In this document: positions 55,192 to 64,000 of the stretch, in pieces | How the letters are laid out: each line of letters opens with the position of its first letter | Position numbering within the stretch: position 1 is the stretch's first letter | Assembly: GCA_017403825.1 (NCBI GenBank) | Contig: JAFRDO010000077.1 | Span: 64,921 to 128,920 of the forward strand | Reading direction: 5' to 3' | DNA length: 64,000 bases | DNA from: Kiritimatiellia bacterium | GTDB lineage: Bacteria > Verrucomicrobiota > Kiritimatiellia > RFP12 > UBA1067 | Translations under genes and position numbers: made by a program | The notes under the pieces: model-generated | The model's input: only the letters and a program-made list of their open reading frames with translations | Databases searched by the model: none | Told to the model about the DNA's origin: nothing

Positions 55192-58089
55192 TCACACGTG
55201 CTTGGCCAGGAATCTGCCCAAAAACGCATAAGCGACGTATCCGCCGAAGAAGGTTATGCCGAGCGAACGGCTGCCCGCCGCACCGGCGCCGGACGCAAAA
55301 ACGAGCGGAAGCATCGTCAGCGCCGCCAAGAGCGGAAGGAGCGACCGCTTCCAGAAGCCAGCCGAGGAATCCGCGACAAGCGACATCGCCGTTGTGGCAG
55401 CGACGAGCATCACAATCGCATAGCGCGAATAGACGGAAAACGCGACGCCCGAGACCGTAAGCGCCAGGATGGCGCCGAACACCGCCACAACCGATGGCAG
55501 CAGCGACCAAAAAGCCTTGCGCCAACTCTCCCGGTAGGCCACAAGCACAAGATACACGAGAAGCAGCGCAAGCGCGAAAAGCAGACCTTCGTCGCCACGG
55601 CTCTTGAGCGACTCGTAGGTGAAGCCCGCCCAGTCGTTGATGAAGCCCGGGGAGAGCTTCTCGCGGCATATCCTGCGCACCTCCTCCACCGCTTCGGACA
55701 TCGAGACGCCGGGCTTCGGGATGAACTGCTCTGTGCAGTAGAGGTACTGGTCGCAGCGGTAGCACGCGCGCGGCCCCAGTTCCTCCCGGCAAGTGACCAG
55801 CGTGTCGATCGGCACCATGGCCCCGGTCTTGGACCTGACGTAGAGCTTTCTTATGTCATCAGGCCGCGCACGGCCGCTCCAGCCGGACATGGCCGTCACG
55901 CGGTTCACCTGAGTGCCCAGATTGACATCGTTCACGTAAATCGACCCGAGGTTGTGCTGCAGCACCGTGTAGATGCTCGACATCGGCACCTTCATCAGCT
56001 CGCACTTGGCCCGGTCGACCTCAATGCGCAGCTTCGGCGTGTCAGTGTAGAAGCCGCCATTTACGGATTCGGCCAACGGAGACTTCGCAAGCTCGCCGCG
56101 CATCCGCAGCACTTCGCGCGAAAACTTCACCGGATCGCTGTCGCCGATCGCCTGAAACAGGACCGACACGCCGCCCTGAGTTCCCATGCCCTTTACGGGG
56201 GGCATCCGCAGGGTGTGTATCTCCGCGTCCGGCACTTCGTCAGCAATCTTCTGCACGCGCCTTGCGATCTCATACGACGATTCGCCCCTGCCGCGCTTGT
56301 TCCAGTCCTTGAGCGTCAGGAACATCTTCGCCTGATTCTCGCCCGAACCGTTGATGATGCTCGTCCCGAAGAGCGTAACGCTCTTCTCCACTCCGTCAAT
56401 GGCGCTCGTCTCCCGGCAGATGCGACGCATCACCTCGCCGGTGACGTCCATCGGCATTCCCTCCGCCGTCTTGCAATCGACGATGAGCACCCCCATGTCT
56501 TCGTCCGGCACGAACTCGCTCGGCAACTTCAACGACAGGACATACGAAACGAGTCCGGCGAGCGCCGCAAGTATCAGCGCAAGAATGAGCCCGTCCTTCG
56601 GCGCGGCGGCATCCGGACGCGAACCGCAGCCGTCCGCCGCAGCCAAGCGTTTCGCGGCGACGGGCACCAGAAAGACCGAATTGAAAGCTGACGCGACGGC
56701 CATTGCCGCGAACACCACCGAGAACTGCCGGAAGAGCACGCCCTGTACGCCATCCACCAACGCGAGCGGCAACGCGGCAGCCGCCATGACTGCCGCGGCG
56801 GCGATCTGCTCCATTCCCGGGAGTCGGCCCTTGCGTACCTTTGAAATCGACCAGCCGGCCAAGCCGGTCACAAACGCAAGCGACGCGAGAAACGCATAGA
56901 GCGCAAGGAGATTCACCTGACAACCGGACGCCGACAGCACCACCGCCGTAAGCGACGCGGGTACGACCATGGACACCGTCGCCAGAAGCGACGCCCGGAA
57001 CGACCGCAATGCCGCCCACAGCGCGAGAAACATGATCAGGACCGCCAGCGCCACCGCCCAAGCGCCGCCCTCCAGCGCCCGATACATGTACTCCGTCGTA
57101 TCGTAGGTCATGTCCCACGTGAGGTCCGCCGGGAAAAACGGCTCGAGGCTGCGAAGCTCTTTCTTCACCTCCGCCATGGTCTCAAGGGGATTCGCCCCGG
57201 GCAGCAGATACAGCATGATATAGACCGCCGGATCCTCGCCGAACATGGCGGTGTACGAATAGCCGTGCGGCCCCATGCCGATGGTGGCCACATCCTTCAG
57301 GCGCACCAGTCCGCCGTTTGCGTCCGTAGTGACGATGATCTCGCCGAATTCCTCCGGCGACGAAAGCCGTCCCTTGGAGATGAGCGTGATGACGCGCGCC
57401 GTGGCGTCTTCCGACGGATAGGCGCCTACGGCCCCCAGGGACGCCTGGACGTTCTGCGCCCGGATTGCCGCGACGACATCTTCGGTATTGAGTCCGAGCG
57501 CCGCGAGGCGTTCGGGGATCATCCACACGCGGACGGCCAGACGGTCGTACCTGACCACCGACTTGCCGACGCCGGCCACGCGCAATATCGCCGGGTTAAC
57601 CACGCCGTGCACATAATCCGCCACCTGATCGCATGTAAGACGTCCGCCGGGCGAGCGGAGCGTCAGCACGCCAAGTTCCTCGGTGGTTCCGCTCTCGACG
57701 GTGACTCCCGTGTTCTTTACCTCCTGCGGAAGCAGTGAGAGCGCCTGCTGAACCTTGCTCTGCACCTTCATCAGGGCGATGTCCTTGTCGTATCCGACGG
57801 CGAAGTTGACGGTCAGGGAATATGCGCCAGAGTCATAGCAGCTGCTCGTCATGCGGTCCATGCCCTCGACGCCGTTCACCTTCTCTTCAAGGGGACCTGC
57901 GACCGTATTCATGAGTTCAACCGCGTTCGCGCCGGGATACGTACATGACACGGAAATCGCCGGACGCGCCAGCGCCGGGTACAGCGTGACCGGCAGGAGG
58001 CACAGCGAGAGGGCGCCGGCGATCAAGATGACCAGCGCGACAACTGCCGCGAGGCGAGGACGGGCGACGAAGAATTCCGTCGCCTTCAC
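55192..58089 (-). CDS. RND efflux transporter permease (AcrB/CzcA superfamily).
   Basis: The 965-aa protein has 12 TM segments with two large periplasmic loops. It overlaps the adaptor gene by 4 nt. Confidence 0.85.
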   Translation of the reverse strand: MKATEFFVARPRLAAVVALVILIAGALSLCLLPVTLYPALARPAISVSCTYPGANAVELMNTVAGPLEEKVNGVEGMDRMTSSCYDSGAYSLTVNFAVGYDKDIALMKVQSKVQQALSLLPQEVKNTGVTVESGTTEELGVLTLRSPGGRLTCDQVADYVHGVVNPAILRVAGVGKSVVRYDRLAVRVWMIPERLAALGLNTEDVVAAIRAQNVQASLGAVGAYPSEDATARVITLISKGRLSSPEEFGEIIVTTDANGGLVRLKDVATIGMGPHGYSYTAMFGEDPAVYIMLYLLPGANPLETMAEVKKELRSLEPFFPADLTWDMTYDTTEYMYRALEGGAWAVALAVLIMFLALWAALRSFRASLLATVSMVVPASLTAVVLSASGCQVNLLALYAFLASLAFVTGLAGWSISKVRKGRLPGMEQIAAAAVMAAAALPLALVDGVQGVLFRQFSVVFAAMAVASAFNSVFLVPVAAKRLAAADGCGSRPDAAAPKDGLILALILAALAGLVSYVLSLKLPSEFVPDEDMGVLIVDCKTAEGMPMDVTGEVMRRICRETSAIDGVEKSVTLFGTSIINGSGENQAKMFLTLKDWNKRGRGESSYEIARRVQKIADEVPDAEIHTLRMPPVKGMGTQGGVSVLFQAIGDSDPVKFSREVLRMRGELAKSPLAESVNGGFYTDTPKLRIEVDRAKCELMKVPMSSIYTVLQHNLGSIYVNDVNLGTQVNRVTAMSGWSGRARPDDIRKLYVRSKTGAMVPIDTLVTCREELGPRACYRCDQYLYCTEQFIPKPGVSMSEAVEEVRRICREKLSPGFINDWAGFTYESLKSRGDEGLLFALALLLVYLVLVAYRESWRKAFWSLLPSVVAVFGAILALTVSGVAFSVYSRYAIVMLVAATTAMSLVADSSAGFWKRSLLPLLAALTMLPLVFASGAGAAGSRSLGITFFGGYVAYAFLGRFLAKHV

Positions 58090-59258
58090 TGCGCGACCAC
58101 CCTCACGCTGTCGCCGTCCTTGAGCTTGAACGCGCCGAGGGCCACGATCCTGTCGCCTTCAGAAAGCCCTTTCGACACCCTGGAAAGTCCGTTCCATTCG
58201 CCGTCGGTCTCGACTATGACCGGGTGCACCTTGCCGTCGTCGCCGACCTTCCACGCCTGAAGCCCCTCGTCGGCGCGCACAAGGGCGGCCGTAGGCACGA
58301 CGACTGCCGCAGGCGGGTTCTTCTCGTCCGAAAGGACGCGCACGAACGCATTCGCAACAAGGCGTCCCGCAGGGTTTGCGAAGCAGACGTGCATGGTGAG
58401 CGTAGCGGTCTCGCGGCTCATCTCGTTGTCGCCGAAGTCAATCACGCCCTCGTGACCGTAGAGCGAGCCGTCGGGCAGCACGAGCCTGAGCCGGCGCGAA
58501 TCCTTGAGTTCGCGTCCGCCGCGCTCCGCCGCCGCCTGCCACGCGTCGTAGTCGCGGTCGCTGATCGGGAACACGACGCGTATGGGGTCGGTCTGCACGA
58601 CGCGGGCAAGGGCGCTCTTCGACGGGGACACGTAATCGCCCACGTGGTGGAGAGCCCTGCCGATGCGTCCGGATATCGGCGAATAGACCTTGGTGTGCCT
58701 GAGGTTGAAGTCGGCTATGGCAGCAGACGCCTTCGCCTGCTCAACTGCGGCGTTCGCGGCGTTCAGCGACGCCTTCGCGGAGGCAAGCGCCGTCTCGGCG
58801 GCATCACGCTCGGTTGCTGTTATGCCGCGCTCGTCGGCGGAAGAAAGCCGCCTGTAGTAGCGCTCGGCGCGCTCCAGGTCGGCTTGCGCCACCGTCACCT
58901 TCGCCTCTGCGCTCGCGACTTCGGAATAGCGCAGGTTCTTCGCGGCAAGATACTGCTCGGAGTCGATCTCGAAAAGCAGGTCGCCCTTGCCGACCTTCGC
59001 TCCCTCGGTGAAGCATACGCGCTGGATGTAGCCGTCGATCTGCGGCAGGATGTCCGTGACCTGCGCGGACTCCACGTGCCCTACGTACTGGACGGGCGGG
59101 TTGAACAGCGCGTTCGTCGCCACCGCAACGCTTACCGCAGGCGGTTCCTGCGGACGCTCCTCTCGCGGCTCTTCCCTGAACCCTACGGCTTCTCGCCCGA
59201 ACCAGCCGAGCAAGACAAGCGCCACGGCGGCGACAGCCGTCGCAAACTTCCTCCTCAT
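58086..59258 (-). CDS. RND efflux periplasmic adaptor (membrane fusion protein).
   Basis: An N-terminal TM anchor is followed by coiled-coil Ala/Glu-rich hairpin and beta-barrel regions typical of HlyD/AcrA-family proteins. Confidence 0.8.
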   Translation of the reverse strand: MRRKFATAVAAVALVLLGWFGREAVGFREEPREERPQEPPAVSVAVATNALFNPPVQYVGHVESAQVTDILPQIDGYIQRVCFTEGAKVGKGDLLFEIDSEQYLAAKNLRYSEVASAEAKVTVAQADLERAERYYRRLSSADERGITATERDAAETALASAKASLNAANAAVEQAKASAAIADFNLRHTKVYSPISGRIGRALHHVGDYVSPSKSALARVVQTDPIRVVFPISDRDYDAWQAAAERGGRELKDSRRLRLVLPDGSLYGHEGVIDFGDNEMSRETATLTMHVCFANPAGRLVANAFVRVLSDEKNPPAAVVVPTAALVRADEGLQAWKVGDDGKVHPVIVETDGEWNGLSRVSKGLSEGDRIVALGAFKLKDGDSVRVVAQ

Positions 59259-60316
59259 GCGTCCGCCTTGATGACCGCACCGACCCGGTCTATCGCCTCA
59301 AGGTTCTTCTTCTCCCAGCCGGGCAGCGTGAAGAACCACGGCGCCATCAGGAAGCCCTTCAGGCGTTCCGGCGAGCAGACCTTGCGGCAGAACTTGACGG
59401 TGCCGGCGAAGTTGGTGTCGTAGCTCCAGTTCGATCCGGTCGGAATCTGGTCGAAACCGGCCTTGTCGAGCTCCTCGTAGGCCTTGACGTAGGTGATGTA
59501 CTTCTCCTTGCCCTTCGCCTTGAGCGCGTCATAGTCGAAGTCGGAGCTGTAGTACCAGTTGCTCTGCAGCACGCTCTTGGGCATCCGCTTGAAGAACAGG
59601 TCGGGATGGTGCCACACGTAGTCGCTCCAGATCCACGGGCGCATGCCGTTCTTCTCCGTCTCCTTCACGAACCACAGGAAGTCGTTCCACCAGAGGTCGC
59701 CCTGGCGCACGGTGCAATAGAGGTACTTGCGCTGATGCCCGACGGTCTCCTCGTCGTAGCCGAGATGCAGGAAGCGCGGACGGTCGAATATCTCGCAAAC
59801 GTCACGGATGAGGTCTGAGCAGACCTGATAGTACTGCTTCGTGGAGAGCATGCGCTCGTACTTCTTGAGCCACACGTCGTGCGCAGCGGAGAAGTTCATC
59901 TTCGGAATCGGCTCCAGCCCCATCGCCCTAAGGCGCGCCAGCTCCTTGCGGAAGCGCTCGATCTCCCAGCTGCCGTTCACCCACAGTTCCGGATGGCTCG
60001 GGTACTGTATCGCCTCGCCGAGGTCGATGACCACCATGTTCATGCCGACCTGCACCATGCGGTCCGTGAGCGTACGCCACACCTTCTCGTCGAAGCGCAC
60101 GTGGTCGGCCTGGCACACGAGCTTCAGGTCATCGCCCTTGTACGGCCCCCAGGACGTGACGGGCTGGTCGCTCCACATGTTGGTGCCCATGTGGAAGAGC
60201 CCGGCCCATATGAAGCCGTCCTGCTTCTGCGGGGCAGCGGCCAGGCCGCGCCCGGCCAACATTCCTCCCGCGGCCATAGCCGCAGAGCTTACGAAATTAC
60301 GTCTTGTCATTTCCAT
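59255..60316 (-). CDS. Tat-signal putative glycoside-hydrolase-like TIM-barrel protein, a paralog of the gene at 49633..50955.
   Basis: The Tat motif MEMTRRNFVSSAAMAAGG is present. Blocks are shared with the paralog as noted above. Confidence 0.5.
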   Translation of the reverse strand: MEMTRRNFVSSAAMAAGGMLAGRGLAAAPQKQDGFIWAGLFHMGTNMWSDQPVTSWGPYKGDDLKLVCQADHVRFDEKVWRTLTDRMVQVGMNMVVIDLGEAIQYPSHPELWVNGSWEIERFRKELARLRAMGLEPIPKMNFSAAHDVWLKKYERMLSTKQYYQVCSDLIRDVCEIFDRPRFLHLGYDEETVGHQRKYLYCTVRQGDLWWNDFLWFVKETEKNGMRPWIWSDYVWHHPDLFFKRMPKSVLQSNWYYSSDFDYDALKAKGKEKYITYVKAYEELDKAGFDQIPTGSNWSYDTNFAGTVKFCRKVCSPERLKGFLMAPWFFTLPGWEKKNLEAIDRVGAVIKADA

Positions 60317-60343
60317 GTCTTGTTCTCCTTTCAGGTTGTCATC

Positions 60344-61762
60344 TCACGCGCAATACGGCTGGGTCCAGGCGGTGTGATGCGCCGGGTGAAGGCAGCGCTG
60401 GCGCTTGAACTTAGTCGGTGCGTCGCTCTCCACGCGGGCGCGGACGTAGAGGTCATCCGCCGCCAGCATGTAGGAGGCCTCGACGCGCTCGCCCTTCTTG
60501 CCCTCGACCAGCTTGACGGTCGCGCCGATGCGATCGTCGTAGATCGGCACCTTGCGGGCGCGGTCCATGTGTTCCGCCGTGGCCGGGATGTTTACGTAGC
60601 GCACGGGATCGAGCGGCGCCCCCTTCTTCGTGGAGATGAAGCGTATCTTGTATGCGACGCCGGGCGTCGCCGGGACCGAGACGGTCAGCGTGCCGGTCTT
60701 GCGGTCGAACGACACGTCCTCGAGGTCCTGCTGGGACGATGCGTAGAAGTCGCCGCGCTGGATCGCCTTGAAGAGCGACTCCTGAGTCAGCTCCTCGGCA
60801 AGCACCATGACGTAGCTGTCGCCGAACGCCGAGTATTCCAGGCCGGTTCCGGGATAGAAGTGCGTGTCGTCGGAGCCGATGCCATAGAGCATCTGCTGGC
60901 CGTGAGTCATTCGGTAGGCGAGCACCGCGTCCCACAGGTTGTCGTGGTACCACTCGCCGTCGAGCTCCTCCGGCACGGGCCACTCGGAACCGTTGTTGCA
61001 CACCTCGAAATAGCGTATTTCGGGATTGTCGATGAGATCCTTCGCATACACGTCGTAGTAGAGCCAGTTCGGATGGTTCACCATGCAGAAGAACGGCGGG
61101 TTGCCGCGCTCCTTGGCAAGCGCCTCGCTAAGCTCGCGCGATTCGCGGATGGCGGAGGCGACCGTGCGGCCCGGCAGGAACTCGATGAGCTTCGCCCGCT
61201 TTGCGCGCTCTATCACGTCGTCGATGCCGACGACGTTCATGTGCATGGCATAGGTGACTCCATTCTCCTTCACGTCCGTCGTCAGTTCGACGCCGGGTAT
61301 CATGAGGAACTTCTCCTTCTCTTCGAACATCTTCTTGACTTCGGCGAAAGTCTTGAGGCGGACATGGGTGAGAGCGCCGTCCTTGCCCCCGCGCACGGAA
61401 GCGGTCTTCCCGAATCGCTCCATGTATTTCTTGAAGCAGTCAGGATGCACGCAGATGGGCGGCCATCCCTTCTCCGTGCCGTTGCCGACGGCGATCCACC
61501 GATCGGGATCAACGCCGAGCCGGTTGTGGTCGGTGAAGGCGATGAAGTCGTAGCCGGCGTCCTTGTACGCGGCAGCGCACTGCTCCGGCAGGGCGCGTCC
61601 GTCCGACCAAAGCGTATGCATGTGCATCATGCCGCGATACCAGCGCTTGCCGGTCCCTGGCTTCGGAATGCCTGCATAGGCCGCCATCGTTCCGGCGGCA
61701 AAGGCCGCCCCCATGAACCCCTTTCGGGTCATCGTCTGTTGCATTGTGTTTGCTCCTTGCAT
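60344..61762 (-). CDS. Secreted PHP-domain (polymerase/histidinol-phosphatase-like) metal-dependent phosphoesterase.
   Basis: The 'MMHMHTLWSDG' motif is PHP His-x-His. An N-terminal Tat/Sec-like signal MTRKGFMGAAFAAGTMAAYA is present. Confidence 0.6.
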   Translation of the reverse strand: MQGANTMQQTMTRKGFMGAAFAAGTMAAYAGIPKPGTGKRWYRGMMHMHTLWSDGRALPEQCAAAYKDAGYDFIAFTDHNRLGVDPDRWIAVGNGTEKGWPPICVHPDCFKKYMERFGKTASVRGGKDGALTHVRLKTFAEVKKMFEEKEKFLMIPGVELTTDVKENGVTYAMHMNVVGIDDVIERAKRAKLIEFLPGRTVASAIRESRELSEALAKERGNPPFFCMVNHPNWLYYDVYAKDLIDNPEIRYFEVCNNGSEWPVPEELDGEWYHDNLWDAVLAYRMTHGQQMLYGIGSDDTHFYPGTGLEYSAFGDSYVMVLAEELTQESLFKAIQRGDFYASSQQDLEDVSFDRKTGTLTVSVPATPGVAYKIRFISTKKGAPLDPVRYVNIPATAEHMDRARKVPIYDDRIGATVKLVEGKKGERVEASYMLAADDLYVRARVESDAPTKFKRQRCLHPAHHTAWTQPYCA

Positions 61763-61790
61763 GTTGTAGTCGATTTCAACCGGATTCCCT

Positions 61791-63254
61791 TCACGAACTC
61801 CAACTCCACTTCACCGGCGGAAGCGGGTCGCCGCATATGCCGAAGCTGTTCGCGGGACGGACGGTGAACGTGACCGCCTTGTCCTTCGGAAGCTCGAACT
61901 TGCCAAAGACGCAGCACGACGGCTCCTTCTCCTCCGTCTCCGTCCAGTACGCACGCGTGGAGAACACGCGGCGGACAAGCTTGAAGTCCTTCGCGCTCGC
62001 GACCACCTCGTAGTCGAGAGCGCGCGGCCGCCCGTCGCCGGAGTGCGCCGGCGGGAACGTCACGACCACCTGCTCCAGCTGCTGCTTCGCGCGATTCTTC
62101 CCTACGCGTTCGGACACGGTGGCCGTCGCGCCCTCGGGAAACGCCGGCGCGACTGACACCGACCTGCGCACCAGCTCGGAGCACGAGCCGTCAGGCGACG
62201 GCAGCGGAATCACCCAGTTCGGCCCCATCGCGGCGTCATGGCGGACGTCCCGCCGCTCAAGGACGATGCTGTCGTCGCAGACGGTCACGAAAAGCGCCTG
62301 GTTGGAAGTCATGCAATCCACGCGATTCATCAGCTGCGGACGCTTCTTGTCCGCCTGGTTGCCGCACGAGAACGAGTTCTCGCGTCCGCCGCGCGTGCAG
62401 CAATAGCTCGTCGAGGGCACGTGGACGACGGTGTATTCGCCCTGCCAGAGGCTAAGTTCGTCCGCGCAGTTCCTGTGGCAGTGGCCGAAGAACGCCATCA
62501 CGTTCGGATACTTCGCGAGCGCCTTGTGGTTCGGGTCGTTCTCAAGGCTCTTGGGATCCCATTCGGGAAGCGTGCCGTGCACCGGACGGTGCATCGAGTA
62601 GAAGAACGGCTTCGTCGGGTCTGGATTTGCGGCGGCAAGAGCCTCGGCAAGCCCCGGTATCACCGTGCCGCTCCCCATGTTGTGCGGATGATGCGCCAGG
62701 ACGAAGGTGTAGCCCTTCACGTTCTTGACCTGAATCGGCTCCCATTTCTCGTGGAAGAGCCTGTCCCATATCGCTACGACATCCTCGTTCACGAGCGCAT
62801 GGTTCGGCGCATCGGGATCTTTCGAGCATTTCACGGCCCACGGATACTTGTGGGCGTAGCCGCCGTAGTCGTGGTCGCCGAAGTGGAAAAGCCTTGCGAT
62901 CGGCTCGCCGTCGCTGCGCCTGTCGCCCGGAAACACCCTGTACCAGATCTCCGCCGCGTATTCAAGCTCGGAGACAAGTCCGCAGTCCGCTATGTCTCCG
63001 CAGAGCAGGACGGCGTCAGCCTTCCGTTCGTCATACCAGCGAAGCGCCTTCTCGAACCAGACGTCGCTTTTCATGCTGTCCTTCTGCACGAGAAGGTGAA
63101 CGTCGGAAAGGACGCCGACCTTTAGCTTCGGCTCGCCGCCTCCGCCCTTCCTCGGAAGGCACCCTGCCGCCGCCAGCACCGTAGCCGCCGTGGCCTGCCC
63201 GAAAAACGTCCTGCGCGTAAGCGCCTGTCGCGTTGTCATGTTCATGATGTCCAA
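61791..63254 (-). CDS. Tat-signal metallophosphoesterase, copy 3.
   Basis: The Tat motif LTRRTFFGQATAATVLAAAG is present. Metallophosphoesterase motifs 'LSDVHL', 'GDIAD' and 'GHCHRN' are present. Confidence 0.7.
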   Translation of the reverse strand: MDIMNMTTRQALTRRTFFGQATAATVLAAAGCLPRKGGGGEPKLKVGVLSDVHLLVQKDSMKSDVWFEKALRWYDERKADAVLLCGDIADCGLVSELEYAAEIWYRVFPGDRRSDGEPIARLFHFGDHDYGGYAHKYPWAVKCSKDPDAPNHALVNEDVVAIWDRLFHEKWEPIQVKNVKGYTFVLAHHPHNMGSGTVIPGLAEALAAANPDPTKPFFYSMHRPVHGTLPEWDPKSLENDPNHKALAKYPNVMAFFGHCHRNCADELSLWQGEYTVVHVPSTSYCCTRGGRENSFSCGNQADKKRPQLMNRVDCMTSNQALFVTVCDDSIVLERRDVRHDAAMGPNWVIPLPSPDGSCSELVRRSVSVAPAFPEGATATVSERVGKNRAKQQLEQVVVTFPPAHSGDGRPRALDYEVVASAKDFKLVRRVFSTRAYWTETEEKEPSCCVFGKFELPKDKAVTFTVRPANSFGICGDPLPPVKWSWSS

Positions 63255-63265
63255 TGTCTTTACTC

Positions 63266-64000
63266 CTATTGATTCTTGCTGACGATCTTCAGCTCTCCAG
63301 GAGACAGCCGCACCTGTTCGCGCGCGGCGCCTGAAGAACGCTCGAGAACAGCCTCCTGCGCGAGGTGCGGCTCGGTGTTGAGCAGGTAGACGGTGCCGTC
63401 CGGATAGACGCTCCAGCGGACTGTGTCAGGGCATTCCACCTTGGGCCAAACCTCCGTGCCGACGGCCTCCATCGCCTTCGCCATCAGGTAGGAATAGAGC
63501 TTGCGCACTCCGAACGTCCCGGGCGAATCCAGCGAAGCGAGGAAAATGACGCGTCCCTTGCCAATCTCGTTCACGAAGCCGATGCCCCTGCATTCGGCGA
63601 TCTTCTTCTCGTGAAAGCGGTCGGACGCCACGATGAACGGCGTCGCTGAGGTCGCTTCCAGCGCAGGGATGTCGAAGCCGCCCTCGATGAAGTCAGGGTC
63701 CCACATATCGGTGAGCGGCTGGAAGTTCCAGCCGGGGCCTGGGTTCTTCATGAACTTCATTCCGTGCGGCAGGTGCCACGGCTTCCCGTCAACAGTCTTC
63801 ACGCCGAGAAGCTCCGACCAGTCGCCTCCGTTGTACGGCACGAACCCGCCGTCGGGAGCGTCCTGCACAGTCATGTGGCTTGCGGCAAGCATCAGCGTGC
63901 CGCCGCCCTTCACGTAACTGACGAGCTTCGCGTAAAGCGCATCGTCCATTACGTTGCGCCCAAGGAAAAAGAGGAAGCGATACTTCGCAAACTCGGCTTC
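63266..64000 (-). CDS. C-terminal part of a larger protein whose N-terminus lies beyond the window end. It may contain a glutamine-amidotransferase-like/beta-galactosidase trimerisation-type domain.
   Basis: The reading frame stays open upstream of the track ORF start (63949) all the way to position 64000 (…EAEFAKYRFLFFLGRNVMDDALYAKLVSYVKGGGTLML…). Confidence 0.45.
   Translation of the reverse strand, partial: EAEFAKYRFLFFLGRNVMDDALYAKLVSYVKGGGTLMLAASHMTVQDAPDGGFVPYNGGDWSELLGVKTVDGKPWHLPHGMKFMKNPGPGWNFQPLTDMWDPDFIEGGFDIPALEATSATPFIVASDRFHEKKIAECRGIGFVNEIGKGRVIFLASLDSPGTFGVRKLYSYLMAKAMEAVGTEVWPKVECPDTVRWSVYPDGTVYLLNTEPHLAQEAVLERSSGAAREQVRLSPGELKIVSKNQ

Overview
This window is high-GC (about 60-65%) bacterial chromosomal DNA. 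Its gene content suggests a glycan-degrading member of the PVC superphylum (Lentisphaerota, Kiritimatiellota or Verrucomicrobiota-like). That taxon guess is inference from gene content only. About 50 of 52 genes lie on the minus strand and are packed into long co-directional operons.

Positions 8.4-18.3 kb hold a housekeeping cluster: gap, HTH-PTS-IIA, holA, lgt, pth, ychF, cysE, gpsA-like. Two tandem paralogous hypothetical genes are embedded in it.

The rest is an accessory, secretome-rich region. It carries nagA plus a two-module glycoside hydrolase, and three Tat-signal metallophosphoesterases. It also carries a PHP-domain phosphoesterase, a glycerophosphodiester phosphodiesterase, a ceramidase-like hydrolase and a GH28-CE4 fusion. 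An RND efflux pair and an XylR/AraC regulator are present. There are two families of giant secreted repeat proteins. Family B is built from three LamG-like plus Ig-like modules. Family A has '...KGG[VI]xG...' repeats.

The most notable observations are these:
1. A short C-terminal tail, PLGM-x-I-x-I-[QR], is shared by both unrelated giant-protein families.
2. A CACGGAA-rich palindromic repeat element has two copies. One is embedded in frame in a GH inter-domain linker.
3. A roughly 105-bp conserved promoter-plus-leader module, with a covarying hairpin, sits upstream of two unrelated secreted-protein genes.
4. A frameshift at a C5/G5 tract splits one family-B gene.
5. A low-GC AAA-ATPase (DUF4143) insertion is preceded by four 23-bp direct repeats and a leaderless-type promoter.

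No rRNA, tRNA, CRISPR array, transposase or integrase was recognised. Internal gene starts were refined by residue offsets from the supplied ORF track. In the 41.8-45 kb stretch my hand-indexing of the printed sequence differed by 1 nt from the track, and I used the track values there.
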